DNA of 63,995 nucleotides, filler included, from Catajapyx aquilonaris (GCA_000934665.2; 4 parts of 4 records of this genome joined end to end with filler, not necessarily neighbours in it), one strand, 5' to 3'; positions 51,314 to 63,995 are shown, counted from the whole stretch's first letter. Notes: generated by a model from the sequence alone, not told the origin. Numbers and translations: made by a program.

Positions 51314-51499
51314 GGGATGGCCGTGCCTATCCGGTGCCAATGTTTGCCCAAGTTACCTACTGATCATTTCATGACCTTTAGTACTGACCTGACCCTGATT
51401 TGACCTCGTTTTTTGATTGAAAACTGTGACCAAAAATAACAGCGTCGAATTCGATGCGCAACCAGACCTTCACTTGTTTTTTTCGGCATCGGATCGAAA

Positions 51500-51556
51500 T
51501 ATCGATATATCGATGCTATTTGGAAGCTGACTATCGATTTTACGAACACATCGATA
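51500..51556. promoter_or_regulatory. DRE (DREF-type) cluster in the DBR1 promoter
   Basis: TATCGATA at 51500-51507, plus near matches TATCGATG, TATCGATT and CATCGATA within 60 bp. Confidence 0.65.
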
Positions 51557-51816
51557 TTTTGTCCAGGCTTGGAAGTAAGGCTGATAGAGCTTGTTGCTAC
51601 TTGGGTTTGGTTGGCTTGGTAATATTTTCTGCCATCGAGATTCAACTGTGGTTAATTGGTTATCATTAATATCAATTGCCATCAAACAAAAATGATTAAT
51701 TTTTCATTACGGTACCTCATCTAAGGAAGCCAATGACGCCTCGGTTAGGGGGGGTCGGCGCATTTAATTATATTATACTGATTGGATGTGTAAAAAAAAA
51801 ATGCAAAAAATATGGG

Positions 51817-52827
51817 TGTAGTAGATCTGTATTATTTTGATTTAAATGAAAGATTGCCATTATCTGATGAGCTGCTTTCCCCCGATGTGACTGTATAAAG
51901 TTTCCTTTGCTGTGCACGTAAATAATTGCAACGGGGAACATACGACGTCACTGCAGTGACGTCAAGAAAGCGCAGTTCTACGTCACGTTACCTGAATCCC
52001 GGCCGGATACCACGTTTTCCCCTCGCTTTAAAAAAAAAAAACATACATATAATTTTGCACTTGTTGTTAACAGTGACGTCACAGTACTGCGCGAAACCTA
52101 TTCTTATCCTGCTCGTTTGGTCACAAACTCGACGAGGGGGGGAAATAAATAGAAACAAGTCGGGTGAAGTTTGTAAAGAAAATAAACCAATTACTTGGAA
52201 AAGTGCTGATGAGAATGACACGCACGACTCGATCCGCGTGTATAAGATCAAGTGGGCGGCGGTATAATAAAAAGAGGAGGAATGAACGACACTTCTTCCG
52301 ACTGATTATGCATCATTGCTGGAGGGTAATTGACTTCTCATTGAGATTCCCGCCGTCATTCCAGATGCAAACGGAATGAGGGCAAAATAATCATTGCGGA
52401 AGTCTCCCTCTTTTCGCACCCAAATTACACACACATTTGCATAAAAAATGCATCTGCGGTTTAAAATTACAATGTACTGTAACGCATAATATTTTCAAAT
52501 GTAACATTTTAATATACGTAATAATTAATAATTAGTAAATACTGTATAAGTCGATGAAGACATCGTTATCAATTTCATCAGCTTAATTAGTTACCATTTA
52601 TGTCAAAATTTGGCAACTGGCTACCTAGTAATAAAATAAATACGTGATACGAAATAATTACTAAATACTGTAATAATAATTAATAAAATCGTGCATAATA
52701 AAATAAATAATAATTGGAGATATTGATAAACAAATATTAAGTAAATTCGGTACTGATAAACATTAACAGTAAATATGATTAATAATGTGGTACATTTAAT
52801 GTTATACCGTAATAAAATATAGCCTAA
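51817..52827 (+). repeat. Duplicated non-coding block, copy 1 (copy 2 at 62781-63817)
   Basis: Collinear, highly similar sequence with small indels, from gtgtagtagatctg to aatatagccta. Confidence 0.92.
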
Positions 52828-53404
52828 GGTAGTTGTGAATCCTTTTTGCAGTGGCATACAGGTACTGTATGATACATCAATCAATTACTGTCATTAAAAT
52901 CATAAGCGCTGGGTGTGCTTGCTGATTTGTTGAAGCTAGCAACTGTTCGGAAGCGCAATTAGCAGTAAGCGATGCAAAATCAGCGGGGAAGCCCTTCTCG
53001 TCGGAAACCGGTTTGATAACAAGGGTTGTACGGTCGTTGTGGTCTCAGAAGCTCACGCACATATCATAAGACTTGTCGATAACAAAACAACACTCGCAAT
53101 GAATTTGAATGTGTGGTAGACTGTACAAGTCGTTTCAGAAATTCTTTTCCCCGCTTATTTTCTCCTTCCGGTCCCTCCCAGTTCCGGAATATTTTTTAAA
53201 AAATGTGGACTGTATTTAAATCCTGTTTTCCCTGTTTCCTCTTATAGAGTCCGGCCAACAACACGAAGACGCTATTTGCATGTGATGATTGTAACTCGTT
53301 ACAATATGTTACAGAGCTTAGCAATATTTTCCTTTAATTAATTAATTAATTAATTGAAGCTTTAGGTTAATTAATAGGCAATTGCTTTCAGAAGTTATCC
53401 CAAT

Positions 53405-53435
<31 letters not shown>

Positions 53436-55369
53436 TATTTATTTTTAAATTATTTACTAGCAGGGGAGCAAGTTCTTCTGACCGCCTGTTTCCCAACGAG
53501 TCACCACAAGAGTCACCACATGGAAACCCCGTTGCCTTGGAGGCATTTATTTATTTATTTACTTATTCATTTGTACAGGGTGGGGCAAAAGCCATGGGCG
53601 GAGCATGGCGTAAGTAACGAGCAATTATTATATTTTAAAAAAAAATTACGCTATTGACACCCAGAAAATCGGAGGTGGCGCCATTGACGGCCACATTTTA
53701 AGCTGTTGGGTGCTAGAGCCCCACAAGGCCGCTCTCTGATGGCCGTATAAAATAATAAAAGCATGTAGTTCAAGCCGCTGAAAAAGAGCGAAATATTGGC
53801 CCAGAAGTGCGATTTCTTAAATGTTACTGTACCCCTTGACCTCCTGAAAACGACTCTTATACTATATTATGAAAGGGAAAGATATTTTGAAGAGCGGGCA
53901 TGTGCAAGGGGCGAAATAAGTGGGCCGTGAAATTGCAGTAGGCCTACATCTCCAAACTCTGAAACGTCCCAAACCCACGGAAACCATTTTTATTTTTGCA
54001 CAATCTGGAGCAACGATAGGAGTATTTACACATCAATTCTGTATCCAACACATATTTTGGGGGCGATATGACAGCATAATTATGTCTCAGCATCACACTG
54101 CATGCGCCCTGTTGTCATAACATGAGAACAATACAGGGTGCTGATGAAAAACACCGACAAACCTATATCACCCCCGACCTAGGGACCAGACGATCACATT
54201 ATGTAGATGGGTGATTATTCCTGGGCCGCCTCATTACCGCGCAAATTGCCTTCAAACAGGTAGTATAAAATATCCTGGAAGTTAGGCCACCCAACGAACC
54301 CTTCCCCAGTCAGAAGGGTCTGGAGGCCGGACTTTGTTGGTTTGTTGCCCACAGGTGGTAAGGCCTCTGTGGCTAGTTACACCTGTAAATTCTATTTAAA
54401 AGTCAGAAGGAGCGATTAGGCAAAAATCGCTAATCAGCAACGAGGCAATTATCTCAGTAATGAGGCGGTGTAGACATAATTACTCCTCTACATAAAATGA
54501 CCCTATCACGTTACCATTGGCCACTGGTATCGGTTTGTCGGTGTTTTTTATGAACCTGTAGATCAGTGAAATTATTTCATTCATGCCACTAGTAACCCAT
54601 GTACATTTCTTATTTTTTATGTTGACGATTAGTACTAGCCTGCGAGATTCTAATGCAACGACGGAAATTGACATTGAATAAGATATCATCGGATAGCTCA
54701 TTCGGATTTCCTTTTAGTGGTTTGTAAGGCCGGGTTAAGCTCACATGTTGGGTGCAAGAGACCTGCTACAGGAGGCGGAAGTCAAGGCGGAAGTTCGGCG
54801 GCAGGCGGAAGACAAGAGATAAAAACCTTGGCCATACATTTTATTCTTTTTTGAAGGATGTGCGAAAGAGTCGTACGAATGCAATTTATTACAATTGGTA
54901 CTTACAATTATGTTCAAATATACTCGCATAGGTTAGGTTAGGTGGCAATAATTATTTGCCGCAATTCTTTTCACAGACATAGAGCATGATCGGTGACGTC
55001 ACGAGCACTGTGTCAGGCTGCTGTGGTATATACCTGCGTCACGTCAAAAGGATGACATGTCGTGCCTTAGCGTAAATGCGCGATGGAAATAGTACATAAT
55101 TATATTTCTTTTTTCCGCGTGTTTCCCAGACATTCCGACGCATCCGAGATAGAATTTGCGGAACTACTTCTCGATAAGGGGGGGTATTTTTAGCAGGGTT
55201 ATGCGAGCTGGTTTGCAAATTGCGTGTGCGTATATGTAAATCTGCGTCGGAATTTTCGGTAGATTGTTCATATAATTTTGCCGCACTTGGGAATTTGAAC
55301 GACTGTGTTATCTTCCGTGCCTAAAATTACTTTTTAATCATTAACCATTATGTATGTATATTTATTTAT

Positions 55370-55538
<169 letters not shown>

Positions 55539-56750
55539 AATGTTTTAAGCCTATTTTTCTGTTAATTCTCGTTGCTTCACCTGTGCTCCTTCAATTAGGA
55601 AATGTGTTGTTGCTAATTGCAATATGTTATCAGTGCAATGTTTTGGCACTGCAGAGCTATGCAATAATAATCGTAAATGAATATTGCATAAGTTAGTATT
55701 GAAGAAGTATTGAACCATTACTATTGAAGTTGTAAATGAGCTGTTCCTCGCAATGTGTATATACATAATTATATATATTACATACGTATACATACAATAA
55801 GTACATAATATTACATGCTACGCATATTTAATAATTATAATACTATAATATTATAATATTATTATAATATTATAACATAATATATATTATTATAAATTTA
55901 ATAATTATATTACTCGTACATACATATATGACACATACTACAGAATATTACATATACCTGTATTACACACAATACATATCATATTACATACCTATATTAC
56001 ACATACTTCATATAGGGATAATTACATGTTACATTTACATGAATATGCCGTGACATATTAGCAATCGCATGTAAATTTATGGTGTAAAAATATATACATA
56101 TTAGTTGCCGTGTTTGCCTTGGTTGTTACTTACGTGTATTATTACGTGTTACGTACGCATAGTGAAGTAATATATTGTTGTTTCTATATGTATACGATCA
56201 GTCACCAAGAGAAGAAGGTTGCTCACATGATATGGCTGGTTATATGTAATATATTATTTGATAATTTACTAGGTAATTTAAGCGTATTGAACTTGTATTA
56301 TTATAGTCGCTCTCTTCTACATAAAGGACCATCAATGAGAGAGTCAGTGGACTCCCCAAATTTTCGTGAAACTCCTTTGCAAGTACAAATCGCGACTCTT
56401 CCCATCTTGGCAGGAAGATGCTGATTCTTCGAAGGTCGAATCTTCCACGTATGTCGTCCCGCATCGTTCAGATGGGGGGTTTCATCGAATTGGAATAATT
56501 ATTACTGGTGCAACTGTCAACATTTGCATCCCTATTTAAAGGTTGTGGCTTGTAATAAAAAGAGCCAGTGAGTTATTAATTGTTGCGCCTAATCCTTCGG
56601 AAGTTGCCTAATACCGCAAAATGTTTCTGATTCGTCTTGCACAATTTGTGTGTGTGTTATGACACTCTTGTCCTATTGTGGTATGGCGATATTACGTACG
56701 CGAACAAGTCCTCGTCTCGCGCGCGCCTCAATCAAACGTTTCCGCCTCTC

Positions 56751-56802
56751 GGCCAATCACGACCTTTCTGCTATTTCTTTCCCCGTTTGGCGGGGATATA
56801 AG
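56751..56802 (+). promoter_or_regulatory. CCAAT box and TATA box of secreted-protein gene copy 1 (conserved in copy 2 at ~60266-60318)
   Basis: ggccaatcac then gatataag, ~90 bp upstream of the ATG in both copies. Confidence 0.7.
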
Positions 56803-56889
56803 CAGGGCACGACGGACATGGCCTACCACACTACTAACCGAAGAAACCCAAGACTAGATCCAAGACATCTCAGCACTTTCAGAGCAAGA

Positions 56890-57084
56890 ATGATAGGCAC
56901 AGCAACTGTCACCTTCGCATCGGCAGCTCTTGTGCTGCTTCTGGCTGCGAGACTAGTACCTGCAGCACCCGTGTCATCAACGGTCCCTGCAGTAGTACCC
57001 GTGTCATCAACAGTTACACCCGCCACACCTGCAGTGTTGTCGATCAACGATGCCAGAGACATCCTCATGGAATGTCTCAGAGAG
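56890..57084 (+). CDS. Unassigned secreted 6-Cys protein, copy 1, exon 1 (signal peptide and P/T/S/V-rich stalk)
   Basis: MIGTATVTFASAALVLLLAARLVPA|APVSSTV...LSINDARDILMECLRE|gttagt, phase 0. Confidence 0.85.
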
Positions 57085-57904
57085 GTTAGTCTTTTCTCTT
57101 TCATCTGTGTAGGCTACTATTTGGAAGAAAAACTATAGTGAACATCCCGAAATTGGGCATAATCAGCATGTTTGTTTGTCCGGGGTGAGTCATCACCTCA
57201 ACTCAGCCACCATGTAGTACCACCACTCCTTGCATCCTCCCTCTCTACACATCACTCCTGCCATTACGGGACAGCGGGAGTGCCGTAGTGGTACTACATG
57301 GTGGCTAAGTTGAGGCGATGACTCATCCCGGACAAACAAATCGCCTATCATACGGTATGTAGAATTGGCTAGGCGTAACTGATTTGTCCTTACATGCGTT
57401 GACTCATCAACAACGTGCATGTAGTTAGCATTTTCCCCGTGGGGTGGCAGTAGTGCGAAGAGAGGGAGGGTGCGCTCCATCTGGTTGTGGCATATCGTAC
57501 TACGTCCAAGTGGGGGCCGGGCTTGGCAGTGTTGCCTAATTTCGGCAATGAATTCACTACTATAGTTAGTAGTATCATTGGTTCGTTTGGATAACGGACA
57601 GTGGACTAGCAGGGGACCCGTTATTCGCACGGTGATTTATATATTTTAAAAATGCGCCTCAATGTCCTCAGATGAGACACCAAACATTATTTTTTCCAAC
57701 AAAAAAAAACTATATTTTTGGTATTTAGGCTTTCAAAAGCGGTTTTCGGACTTTTGCAGGTAAAAGATGTCAGTGTGCCAAGTTTCACGACTCTCAGTAG
57801 TCCGGAAGTGGGTTATGTAGGCGTCACATAAATACCGACAAACTTTCTGCTTTATAATATATTTGTAAGACCACGAACTACATCCATTTATTTTCCATCC
57901 GCAG

Positions 57905-58264
57905 ACCAGCAGTAACCCCCACATATCCTGCGGGTTCAGAAACTACAAGCTGAAGAGTTGCCTCAAGAAGACCAGGGGATATTCCTACACTGTTCAAGCC
58001 AGAGTTATGTGCGACGACGATCGGAGAATGGATCAGAACGGAATTCCTCATCTGCTGAGCGAGGTCGTGACCAACGGTCAGCAGGTCACGACGGGCAGCA
58101 ACAACAGCAGGGTCAGCTGCGCCATCATAAACGTCGTGATCGTGTTGACAACGGACAACGGAGCCAAAAGATACTTTCTGGACGACGAGGGGTACATCTG
58201 CGAATCCCAGCAAACCGGTACAATTGTCCAGAACGACTCGATTAACGAAGCCCATAGTAATTAA
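57905..58264 (+). CDS. Unassigned secreted 6-Cys protein, copy 1, exon 2 (184 aa in total)
   Basis: tttccatccgcag|TSSNPHISCGFRNYKLKSCLKKTRGYSYTVQARVMC...VSCAIINVVIVLTTDNGAKRYFLDDEGYICE...HSN*. GC3-rich; frame kept in the paralog. Confidence 0.85.
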   Translation, partial: TSSNPHISCGFRNYKLKSCLKKTRGYSYTVQARVMCDDDRRMDQNGIPHLLSEVVTNGQQVTTGSNNSRVSCAIINVVIVLTTDNGAKRYFLDDEGYICESQQTGTIVQNDSINEAHSN

Positions 58265-59792
58265 TGGCACCGCAAAGAAGTGAGTCACTAAGTCATGGGG
58301 ATTTCGAAAAACTGTACAAAAGCAACCTGTGGTGAATCTCCAAAGACTGTCGCCTAATTATTTATGAAGTATTTTGCTCAACCTTATTACATAGTTGCCA
58401 ACATTGTGTGGCCGCAAAAGTTGGTAACGCACGTATTAAGACTGCCATTTTTATAATATGTATTTATTGCGATGTTACTTAATATGTGATATTTTGTGTG
58501 CAAAGCCCCTTATTTTATTTTATGGAAATGTACCACAGCATGGTATATTCCCGACACAGTAATTTATTGTTCAAATAGAGTTGTACGAATTAGTTGACAA
58601 AAGTATTACAGCAAAATTATCTGCCAACTAATTCGTATTGTTAACTCTGAATTATTTATTGAAGTGGTGACTGATTCTCAAACCGACTGATTGATATTGT
58701 ATTTGCATTTATTGCAATAATATTGCCAAACATTGTAGACGACGGAACTGGAAAATGCCAAATAAACTTTTTATTGAAAAATCTTTTTTTGACTCGACCC
58801 TAGACACTTTTTTCGTCATGATTGACGTAATATTATCTGTCCAGCTGTTCCCCTGACGTTTTTTGTCGTAACCGCTTCCTTTCCTATACATTTTCTTTTC
58901 CAGTACAGCTCCACTTTTGTCCCGAATTTCTATGGAAATTCAGCAAGTTTGTCGTAGTTCAATATTATTACATTTTAATTCCTGTCAGCAGATCAGTGAA
59001 CTATATTTTTAGTAGTTCCTCTCACTGACAGAGAACTGATGATAGCGGTGAATTTTGCAATCACACATGTAGCGGAAATATTGTTCTGATATGACTCATT
59101 TTATGAGTGCAGTAGTACTTAATTTGTTACAGACATAGAGGAAGCATAGTGCAACAAGTTACGTAGGAGCGATTTTTTCATGTTCTTTATCACTACATAA
59201 TTACACCAGCTATACAGATTAAGGCGTCCGTTTTGGTTATCAAACATTAAGTAATAGTATCGTAATGCCCGATTGCACCATCTGAAATTACTTATCCGAT
59301 GGGTCCTAATGGATCGGTATAGGAACCCTTCTAACGTGTGCTAACGATCTGTTCATTATAGGAGCCAGCGAATCGATAATAACATTGGGGCAATCGGGCA
59401 TCAGTCTATTATAATGCACATACTTTCAGGAATATTATTAAAATTATAATAATTAATGTTGAGTAGAAGCGTTCATTCAGACTTCGAGACATTGAAATCA
59501 ATCGTTTCAGCCCATTTTATTACAGGCTAGACCGGGCTAGACCATCAATTACAGTGATTTTATTTAGCATTAACAGTATTCCACCAGGTGTTAGCAGGTA
59601 CTATTTTGACCACAAAAATAACCGTTCAAAGAGTAACTACTGGATAATAATCAACGTAGGACAAAATATATGCATATATAATTTAAAACAGACACTTCAA
59701 TTATTATTATTGCCCACATACTATAATTATTTGATTATTTTTTAGGTATTTACTCCTAAAACGTATTTAACTTGTATTATAGCCGCTTATGG

Positions 59793-59795
<3 letters not shown>

Positions 59796-59852
<57 letters not shown>
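59796..59852. repeat. (TAT)n microsatellite next to the start of duplication copy 2
   Basis: Directly visible in the sequence. Confidence 0.95.
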
Positions 59853-60409
59853 GCAGTGTACAATAATCGTCTATAAAGGGACCAATAGACAGTCCATCGA
59901 CTCCCCAAATTTTCCGGCGCGATTCTTCCCATCTAGGCTGGATTCTTCGAAGGTCGAATCTTCCAGCGCGTTGTCCTGCATATCTTTCAGATTCAACGAA
60001 TTGAAATGACAGACGGTGCAACTTTGAACATTTGCGCATCCCTATTTAAAGTGAAGTTGTGGCTTGTAATAAGAACCAGTCAGTTATTAATTGTTGCCTA
60101 ATCCTCCGGAAGTTGCCTGAAACCGCAAAATGTTTTCCGTTCGTCCTGCACAATTATTTTGTGTGCTATCGTTATGACACTCTTTTCCTATTGTGGTGGT
60201 ATTACGATATTACGTACGCGAACAAGTCCTCGTCTCGAGCTCTCCTCAAACTCTTTCCGCCTCTCGGCCAATCACGGCCTTTTTGCTATTTCTTTCCCCG
60301 TTTGGCGGGGATATAAGCGGGGCACGACGGACATGGCCTACCACACTATACTAATCGAAGAATCCCAAGACTAGATCCAAGACATCTCCGCCGCAATTTT
60401 AGAGCAAAT

Positions 60410-60574
60410 ATGGTAGGCACAGCAACAGTCACCTTCGCATCAGCAGCTCTTGTGCTGCTTCTGGCTGCGAGGCTAGTACCTGCAGCACCCGTGTCATCAA
60501 CAGTTGCACCTGCCACACCAGCAGCGTTGTCGATCGACGATGCCAGAGACATCCTCTTGGAATGTCTCAGAGAG
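60410..60574 (+). CDS. Unassigned secreted 6-Cys protein, copy 2, exon 1
   Basis: MVGTATVTFASAALVLLLAARLVPAAPVSSTVAPATPAALSIDDARDILLECLRE|gttcgt; 30 nt shorter than copy 1, in frame. Confidence 0.85.
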
Positions 60575-61120
60575 GTTCGTCTTTCCTCTTTCATCTCTGT
60601 ACTATTTGGGGGTAAAACTACTCTAGTGAACACCCCTAAATTCGGCATAATAGAATAATTGGCTGTAGTGCCATACCTCTTCAGAGGATTGGGCAAGGTT
60701 GTGGTATATCGAACTACGTCCAGCCGTCCAGGTGGGGGTCCGAGCTGGGCAATGTGGCCAAATTTCTAGTTAGTCGTATGATTGGTTCGTTTGGACAACG
60801 GACAGTGGACTAGCAGGGGACCCGTTCTTCGCACGGTGATTTATAAATTTTTAAAATGCGCCACAATTGCGACAGATGAGACACCAAACAATTTTTTTTG
60901 AAACAAAAAAACCATACATTTTTGGTATTTAGACCTTAAAAATTGCAGGATTCGGACTTTTGCATTAATCAGCGGCACCTAAGATGTCAGTGTGCCAAGT
61001 TTCACACTCTCAGTAGTCCGGAAGTGGGTTAGGTAGCCGTCACATAAATACCAACAAACCTTCTGCTTTATAATATATTTGTAAGACCACTAACTGTGTC
61101 CATGTATTTTCCATTCACAG

Positions 61121-61480
61121 ACTAGCAGTATCCCCCACAGATCCTGCCGGTTCAGAAACTCCACGCTGAATCTTTGCCTCAAGAATAATACCAGAGGATA
61201 TTCGTACACTTTTGAAGCCAGAGTTTTGTGCAACGAGTCCAATGACGATCGTCGAATGGATCAGAGCGAAATTCCTCACCTGGGCCAGGTGACCAACGTC
61301 GTCACGACGGGCAGCAGCAACAGCAGGGTCAGCTGCGCCATCATAAACGTCGTCATCGTGTTGACAACGGACAACGGAGCCAAAAGATACTTTCTGGACA
61401 ACGAGGGATACATCTGCGAATCTCAGCAAACCGGTACACTTGTCCAGAACGACTCGATTAACGAAGCCCATAGTAATTAA
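61121..61480 (+). CDS. Unassigned secreted 6-Cys protein, copy 2, exon 2 (174 aa in total)
   Basis: ccattcacag|TSSIPHRSCRFRNSTLNLCLKNNTRGYSYTFEARVLCNES...HSN*. All indels against copy 1 keep the frame. Confidence 0.85.
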   Translation, partial: TSSIPHRSCRFRNSTLNLCLKNNTRGYSYTFEARVLCNESNDDRRMDQSEIPHLGQVTNVVTTGSSNSRVSCAIINVVIVLTTDNGAKRYFLDNEGYICESQQTGTLVQNDSINEAHSN

Positions 61481-62385
61481 TGGCACCGCAAAGAAGTGAG
61501 TCACTAAGTCATGGTGATTTCGAAAAACTGTACAAAAGCAACCAGTGGTGAATCTCCAAAGATTGTCCCCTAATTATTTATGAAGTATTTTGCTCAACCT
61601 TATTACATAGTTGCCAACATTGTGTGGCCGCAAAAGTTGGTAACGCACGTATTAAGACTGCCATTTTTATATGTATTTATTGCGATGTTACATCACATGT
61701 AATATTTTGTGTGCAACCCCCCTTAATTTATTTTATGGAAATGTACATCACGGTATATTCCCGACACATTAATTTATTGTTCAAATAGAGTTGTGCGAAT
61801 TAGTTGACAAAAGTGTTGCAGCAACATTATCCGCCAACTAATTCGTATTGTTAACTCTGAATTATTTATTGAAGTGGTGACTGTGTTATCACGACTGATT
61901 CTCAAACCGACTGATTGATATTGTACCAGGATTGCATTTATTGCAATTATAATGCCAAACATTGTAGACGACGGATCTGGAAAATGTCAAATAAACCTTT
62001 TATTGAAAGATCTATTTTTGACTCGACCCTAGACACCTTTTTCGTCATGATTGACGTAATTTTATCTGTCCAGCTGTTCCCCTGACGTTTTTTTGTCGTA
62101 ACCGCGCTTCCTTTCCTATACATTATTTTCTTCAGCACAGCTCTACTTTTGTCCCGAATTCGATGGAAATTCAGCGAGTTTGTCGTGGTTCAATTAGTAC
62201 TTTATTTCCTGCCAGCAGATCAGTGAACCAAGCTCTATATTTTAAGAAGTAGTACCTGTCACTGACATAGAACTGATGATAGCAAGTCAGCGGTGAATTT
62301 TATTGTCACATTCAGCGGAAATGGTTCTGATATGACCTCTTGATATATGACTCATTGTATGAGTGCAGGAGTACTTAATTAAAAT

Positions 62386-62694
62386 CAGGGGCGTGAAAGT
62401 CGAAAGGTTTATGTGTATTTTCCGCCTAATTCGACCACCGCTAAGACGAATGAAGACCATGCCTCGTATGTCATTCGCGTAATTTGGCTCCTACGACGTC
62501 ATATTTCAAAATGGCCGGCCCCATATACGGACGGTGTTATGCAAGAATGTGTCAACCCACAAAATGTCAAAATTGAGTTAAGCTGACATGCATACGAGGC
62601 CATGGCGGTGTCGAATTACGCGTAAAATACACCAAAGTATTAAACCGAAAGCATCAGTCAGTTATTGACGCACTTTCACTTAGCGTAGCCCTGA
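62386..62694. mobile_element. MITE-like insertion
   Basis: ttaaaatcaggg...ccctgattttaa ends and internal inverted gtgtattttc..aattcgac / gtcgaatt..aaaatacac. Absent at the equivalent point of copy 1. Confidence 0.55.
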
Positions 62695-62780
62695 TTTTAA
62701 TAATCACAAGAATAACCACCATAATGAAGTATATAATTATGGAGTGTAGTTCGTTCTTGCATACCCCTATGTGTACCTCT

Positions 62781-63817
62781 ATCTATGCTATCCATAGATG
62801 CGTGTAGTAGATCTGTTTTATTTTGATTTAAATAGTGAAAGATTGCCATTTTCTGATGAGCTGCTTTCCCCTGATGTGACTGTATAAAGTTTGCAATAAA
62901 ATTGCAACCGGCGGGGAACATACGACGTCACTGCAGTGACGTCAAGAAAGCGCAGTTCTACGTCACAATCATGTTACCTGAATCCCGGGTACCACGTTTT
63001 CCCCTCGCTTTTTTTAATCGTATAATGTTTTGTTGTTAACTGTGACGTCACACTGCGCGAAACCTATTCTTATCCGGCTCGTTTGGTCACTCGACAACCG
63101 CCGGATGAAAATAAATAGCAACAAGTCGGGTGAAGTTAGTTTAAAAAAAAAAAAATGAACCAATTACTTGGAAAAGTGCTGAGAATGACACGCACGACTC
63201 GATCCGCGTGTATAAGATCAAGTGGGCGGCGGTACATAGAGGAGGAATGAACGACACTTCTTCCGGCTGATGAATATGAGTGCATCATTCACTGGAGGAT
63301 AATTGACTTCTCATTGAGATTCCCGCATACCCGTCATTCCAGATGCAGGGCAAAATAATCAAAAGTCTCCCCTCTTTTCGCACCCAAATTACACACACAT
63401 TTGCATAAATGCATCTCTGCGGTTTAAAATTATTATATAATGTAACGCATAATATATTATAAGATGTAACATTTTAATATAATAATTAATAATTAGTAAA
63501 TACTGTATAAGTCGATGAAGACATTATTATCAATTTCATCAGCTTAATTATATAGTTACCATTTTTGCCAAATTTTGGCAACTGGCTACCTAGTAATAAA
63601 ATAACAACTAATACGAAATAATTAATAAATACTGTAATAATAATCAATAAATACTGTAATCGTAATAAAATAAATCGTGTATAATAAAATAAATAATAAT
63701 TTGAGATATAAATAAATAAATATTAAGTAAATTCGGTACTGATAAACATTAACAATAAATATGATTAATAATGTGGTATATTTAATAATATAATGTTATG
63801 TAATATAATATAGCCTA
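62781..63817 (+). repeat. Duplicated non-coding block, copy 2; ends at a TA|CAGGGTG mariner-type insertion
   Basis: Matches 51817-52827. Confidence 0.92.
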
Positions 63818-63995
63818 TACAGGGTGATCAAACTTTTTTGTCGTTTTAGTTATTGACAAATTCGGCCTAAGCTGCTTATATTGTAGCCCGTGACCTGGCA
63901 ACCCCGTCCGGTGGGCCAATTTAAACATCGGCCCATGGAGAGCGCTTCCATTGTTGCCACTGTTTACAAATCGAGTGAGTGAGTGCGCAGGCAGA

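Larger units (their letters stand above)
56322..62380 (+). repeat. Tandem gene duplication: ~56322-59124 and ~59873-62380
   Basis: Promoter, both exons, much of the intron and ~850 bp downstream are collinear between the copies. Confidence 0.95.

Noticed and set aside
51862..51890. CTGATGA as a hammerhead ribozyme core (also at several other sites)
   Set aside because: No stem II followed by GAAA with compatible flanking helices was seen by eye; an Infernal/RNAmotif scan would be needed to exclude it fully.
56650..56889. Longer N-terminus for secreted gene copy 1 (ORF from 56650 or ATG at 56818)
   Set aside because: It overlaps or sits just after the TATA box, and the frame is not preserved in copy 2.
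57757..57771. Partial match to the 3' part of miR-8; similar partial matches to miR-279 (~56853) and miR-315 (~10705)
   Set aside because: Matches are partial and I saw no precursor hairpin; the miR-8-like stretch is disrupted in the paralogous copy.

Overview
Eukaryotic DNA, almost certainly from an arthropod (Dpr-type exon, DRE promoter motifs, 54-77 bp introns). The window is not one locus. Three identical artificial spacers (44 N + TTAATTAATTAA + 44 N at 15936, 32043 and 48123) join four separate ~16 kb segments, so no linkage should be inferred across them. Segment 1 (1-15935) is a mobile-DNA graveyard: the 3' end of a Transib (RAG1-related) transposon with an RSS-like terminus, a tRNA-derived SINE, a decayed endogenous viral element from a Jingchuvirales (chuvirus-like) L polymerase, and an intron-containing Sola1 transposase split by a TA-flanked insertion. 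Plus-strand non-coding-looking exons are scattered through it. Segment 2 (16036-32042) is mostly intronic/regulatory, with one recognisable exon, the probable GPI-signal last exon of a Dpr-family Ig gene. Segment 3 (32143-48122) holds the last four exons of an anoctamin/TMEM16 gene amid many MITEs, a Helentron PIF1-helicase relic, nested fold-back elements and a spacerless 88-bp palindrome. Segment 4 (48223-63995) holds a complete DBR1 gene and a tandemly duplicated two-exon gene for a secreted 6-cysteine protein I cannot assign to a family; its copies differ mainly in one hypervariable segment, and a third unit appears to begin at the window end. All calls come from reading by eye; no database searches were run.
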